A stretch of DNA of 63,701 nucleotides, counting the filler. It is 16 parts of 16 records of this genome, joined end to end, with 100 filler letters (N's around TTAATTAATTAA, not from the genome) between each part and the next. Parts side by side here need not be neighbours in the genome. Positions count along the whole stretch, not along the records: positions 60,604 to 63,701 come from SRR7504441_132468; 15 more parts are not named here. The stretch is one strand, 5' to 3'. The stretch's first letter is position 1; each line of letters begins with the position of its first letter. Under the pieces are notes generated by a model. It ran no database searches, was not told the origin of the DNA, and saw only the letters and a list, made by a program, of their open reading frames with translations. Below are positions 62,471 through 63,701 of the stretch, one piece after another. Both the position numbers and the translations under genes were made by a program.

Positions 62471-63470
62471 CTACATGACTTGGCACTTATCATGACTAAC
62501 ACACATCCTGCACTTGCCCCGCGGCTTGGCCGGTCCCATAGTCGTATTCGCCCCTGGGCTGATCGTGCCGGGGTTCCAGCGAGAGATCTGGCTGCCACTG
62601 TATTCCACACTCGCGGGCTGTGCTACTGCCTGGCTCTGCCGCTCTGGTGGCTCGTCATCCTTGAGCCGCCCGCTATTTGCCCAGGCCTGGTTCAAAAGGT
62701 CCTCGTACGAGGGCGGCCTGGCTACTGGCACCGGCTCCACCGGCCCCGCTATTCGGGCCGCCGGCTTCCCAGGCTCAGCCGCATTCAGCATCTCGCTCCA
62801 GCTTTCACTGGTCGGCTCGCTATACTCGGCGCTCCCCCCGGACCCAGACCGCCCCCGCCCGCCCTCTGGCTTGGTCAATGTCCGCATCCCCAGGCGCTCC
62901 GGCAGCGCGGCCTCCGCCCAGCCCCCGTCCGGCCTGTCGGCCCAATCCGGTCCTCCCGCAGGGCTCCGGATCGGACTCGGCGGGTCTAGCGCCTCCAGAA
63001 ACATCCCCGAACTGGGGCCCGGGCTGGGCTCGGCCGCCGGGCCGGGCTGGTCGGCGGTGACCAGGTTCTTGCTGGGGGGCTGGGCGGGCTGGGCGAGGTT
63101 GGCAACCAAACCGCCCGGTGCGATGATCGGCCGGAGCTCCGGGGTGCCAGACTCGACGGCCGGCTCTGTCGGGGTGATGGCCGGCAGCTCGTACGCCGCC
63201 GCCGGCCCGGCCGGCAGCCCGGACGGGTACGAGGCCTCACCGCTCATCCCCGCCCCTGGCACGTAATAACGGCCGCGGCCGCTCACGGTGTGCGCCCCGG
63301 CAGGATGGGCTGGGGCGCCGTCGGGGCGGGCCTGCTGGCAGCGGGCTGGGCTGGGGCGGGGCGGCTGCCGGTCAGCGGCGGGTGGGGCACCGAGCAGCTC
63401 TGGCTGGGCTGCACGCTGGTGGTGGCCGCGGGGCTCTTTGCGCTGCTTTGGCCCATCGCGGCCGGCTGCC
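62471..63470 (-). CDS. Pro-rich protein with C-terminal CaaX-like motif, 5' unresolved
   Basis: Long Pro/Ala/Gly frame ending KCRMCVSHDKCQVM*. Confidence 0.5.
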
Positions 63471-63701
63471 GGCTAGGCCGACTGGTCAGGCTGCTGCTGG
63501 GGCTGCTGCTGCTGGCCGGGTGCGTGCTGGCGGCCGAGCTGCTGGCGGGGCTCTGCCGGCTGGACCGGGCCGAGCGGCTGATGCACGCCGACCAGTCGCT
63601 GATCGCGCGCCGGCAACTCCTCCGCCGGCTCAGACGGCCGGCACCACCGGTGCGGCTCCGACCGATCAGACTGTCGGAGGAGCCGCCGCTGTGGCGGGTC
63701 C

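Overview
This is not one continuous locus. It is 16 short contigs (about 3-7 kb) joined by 15 artificial 100-nt spacers (N-run, TTAATTAATTAA, N-run). The contigs look like the nuclear genome of a compact, intron-rich eukaryote, probably a flagellated protist (MAG/SAG-style assembly); that they come from one organism is an assumption. Recognisable content: a partial divergent 18S-ITS1-5.8S-ITS2-28S rDNA unit and about 30 protein genes. These include an Sfi1-type repeat protein, CFAP300, an SLC35A transporter, a potato-inhibitor-I protein, an LRR protein, two giant Cys-rich mosaic proteins, GH78, DUF6067, a beta-helix protein, an Hsp70/110-NBD-TPR fusion, calpain, a CEP164-type WW/DM10-like protein, ABCG, a SEL1 protein, a variant CK2alpha, peroxisomal DEG15/TYSND1, DUF3089, a vWA alpha-kinase, an MFS transporter and an ankyrin protein. 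Most ORF-track entries are exon fragments or shadow ORFs. The strongest system-level signal is splicing: many short (mostly ~35-50 nt) introns with weak donors and often no pyrimidine tract, of which at least 8 of about 70 hand-parsed need a GC donor, always after exonic AG. Also notable are a nested, split SRCR domain, a 5'-to-3' GC gradient within genes, a recurring TGTAC/TACGAGTAC 3' motif, and several deletion-like frame breaks. All gene models are manual, family calls come from motif recognition without database searches, and the organism could not be assigned taxonomically.
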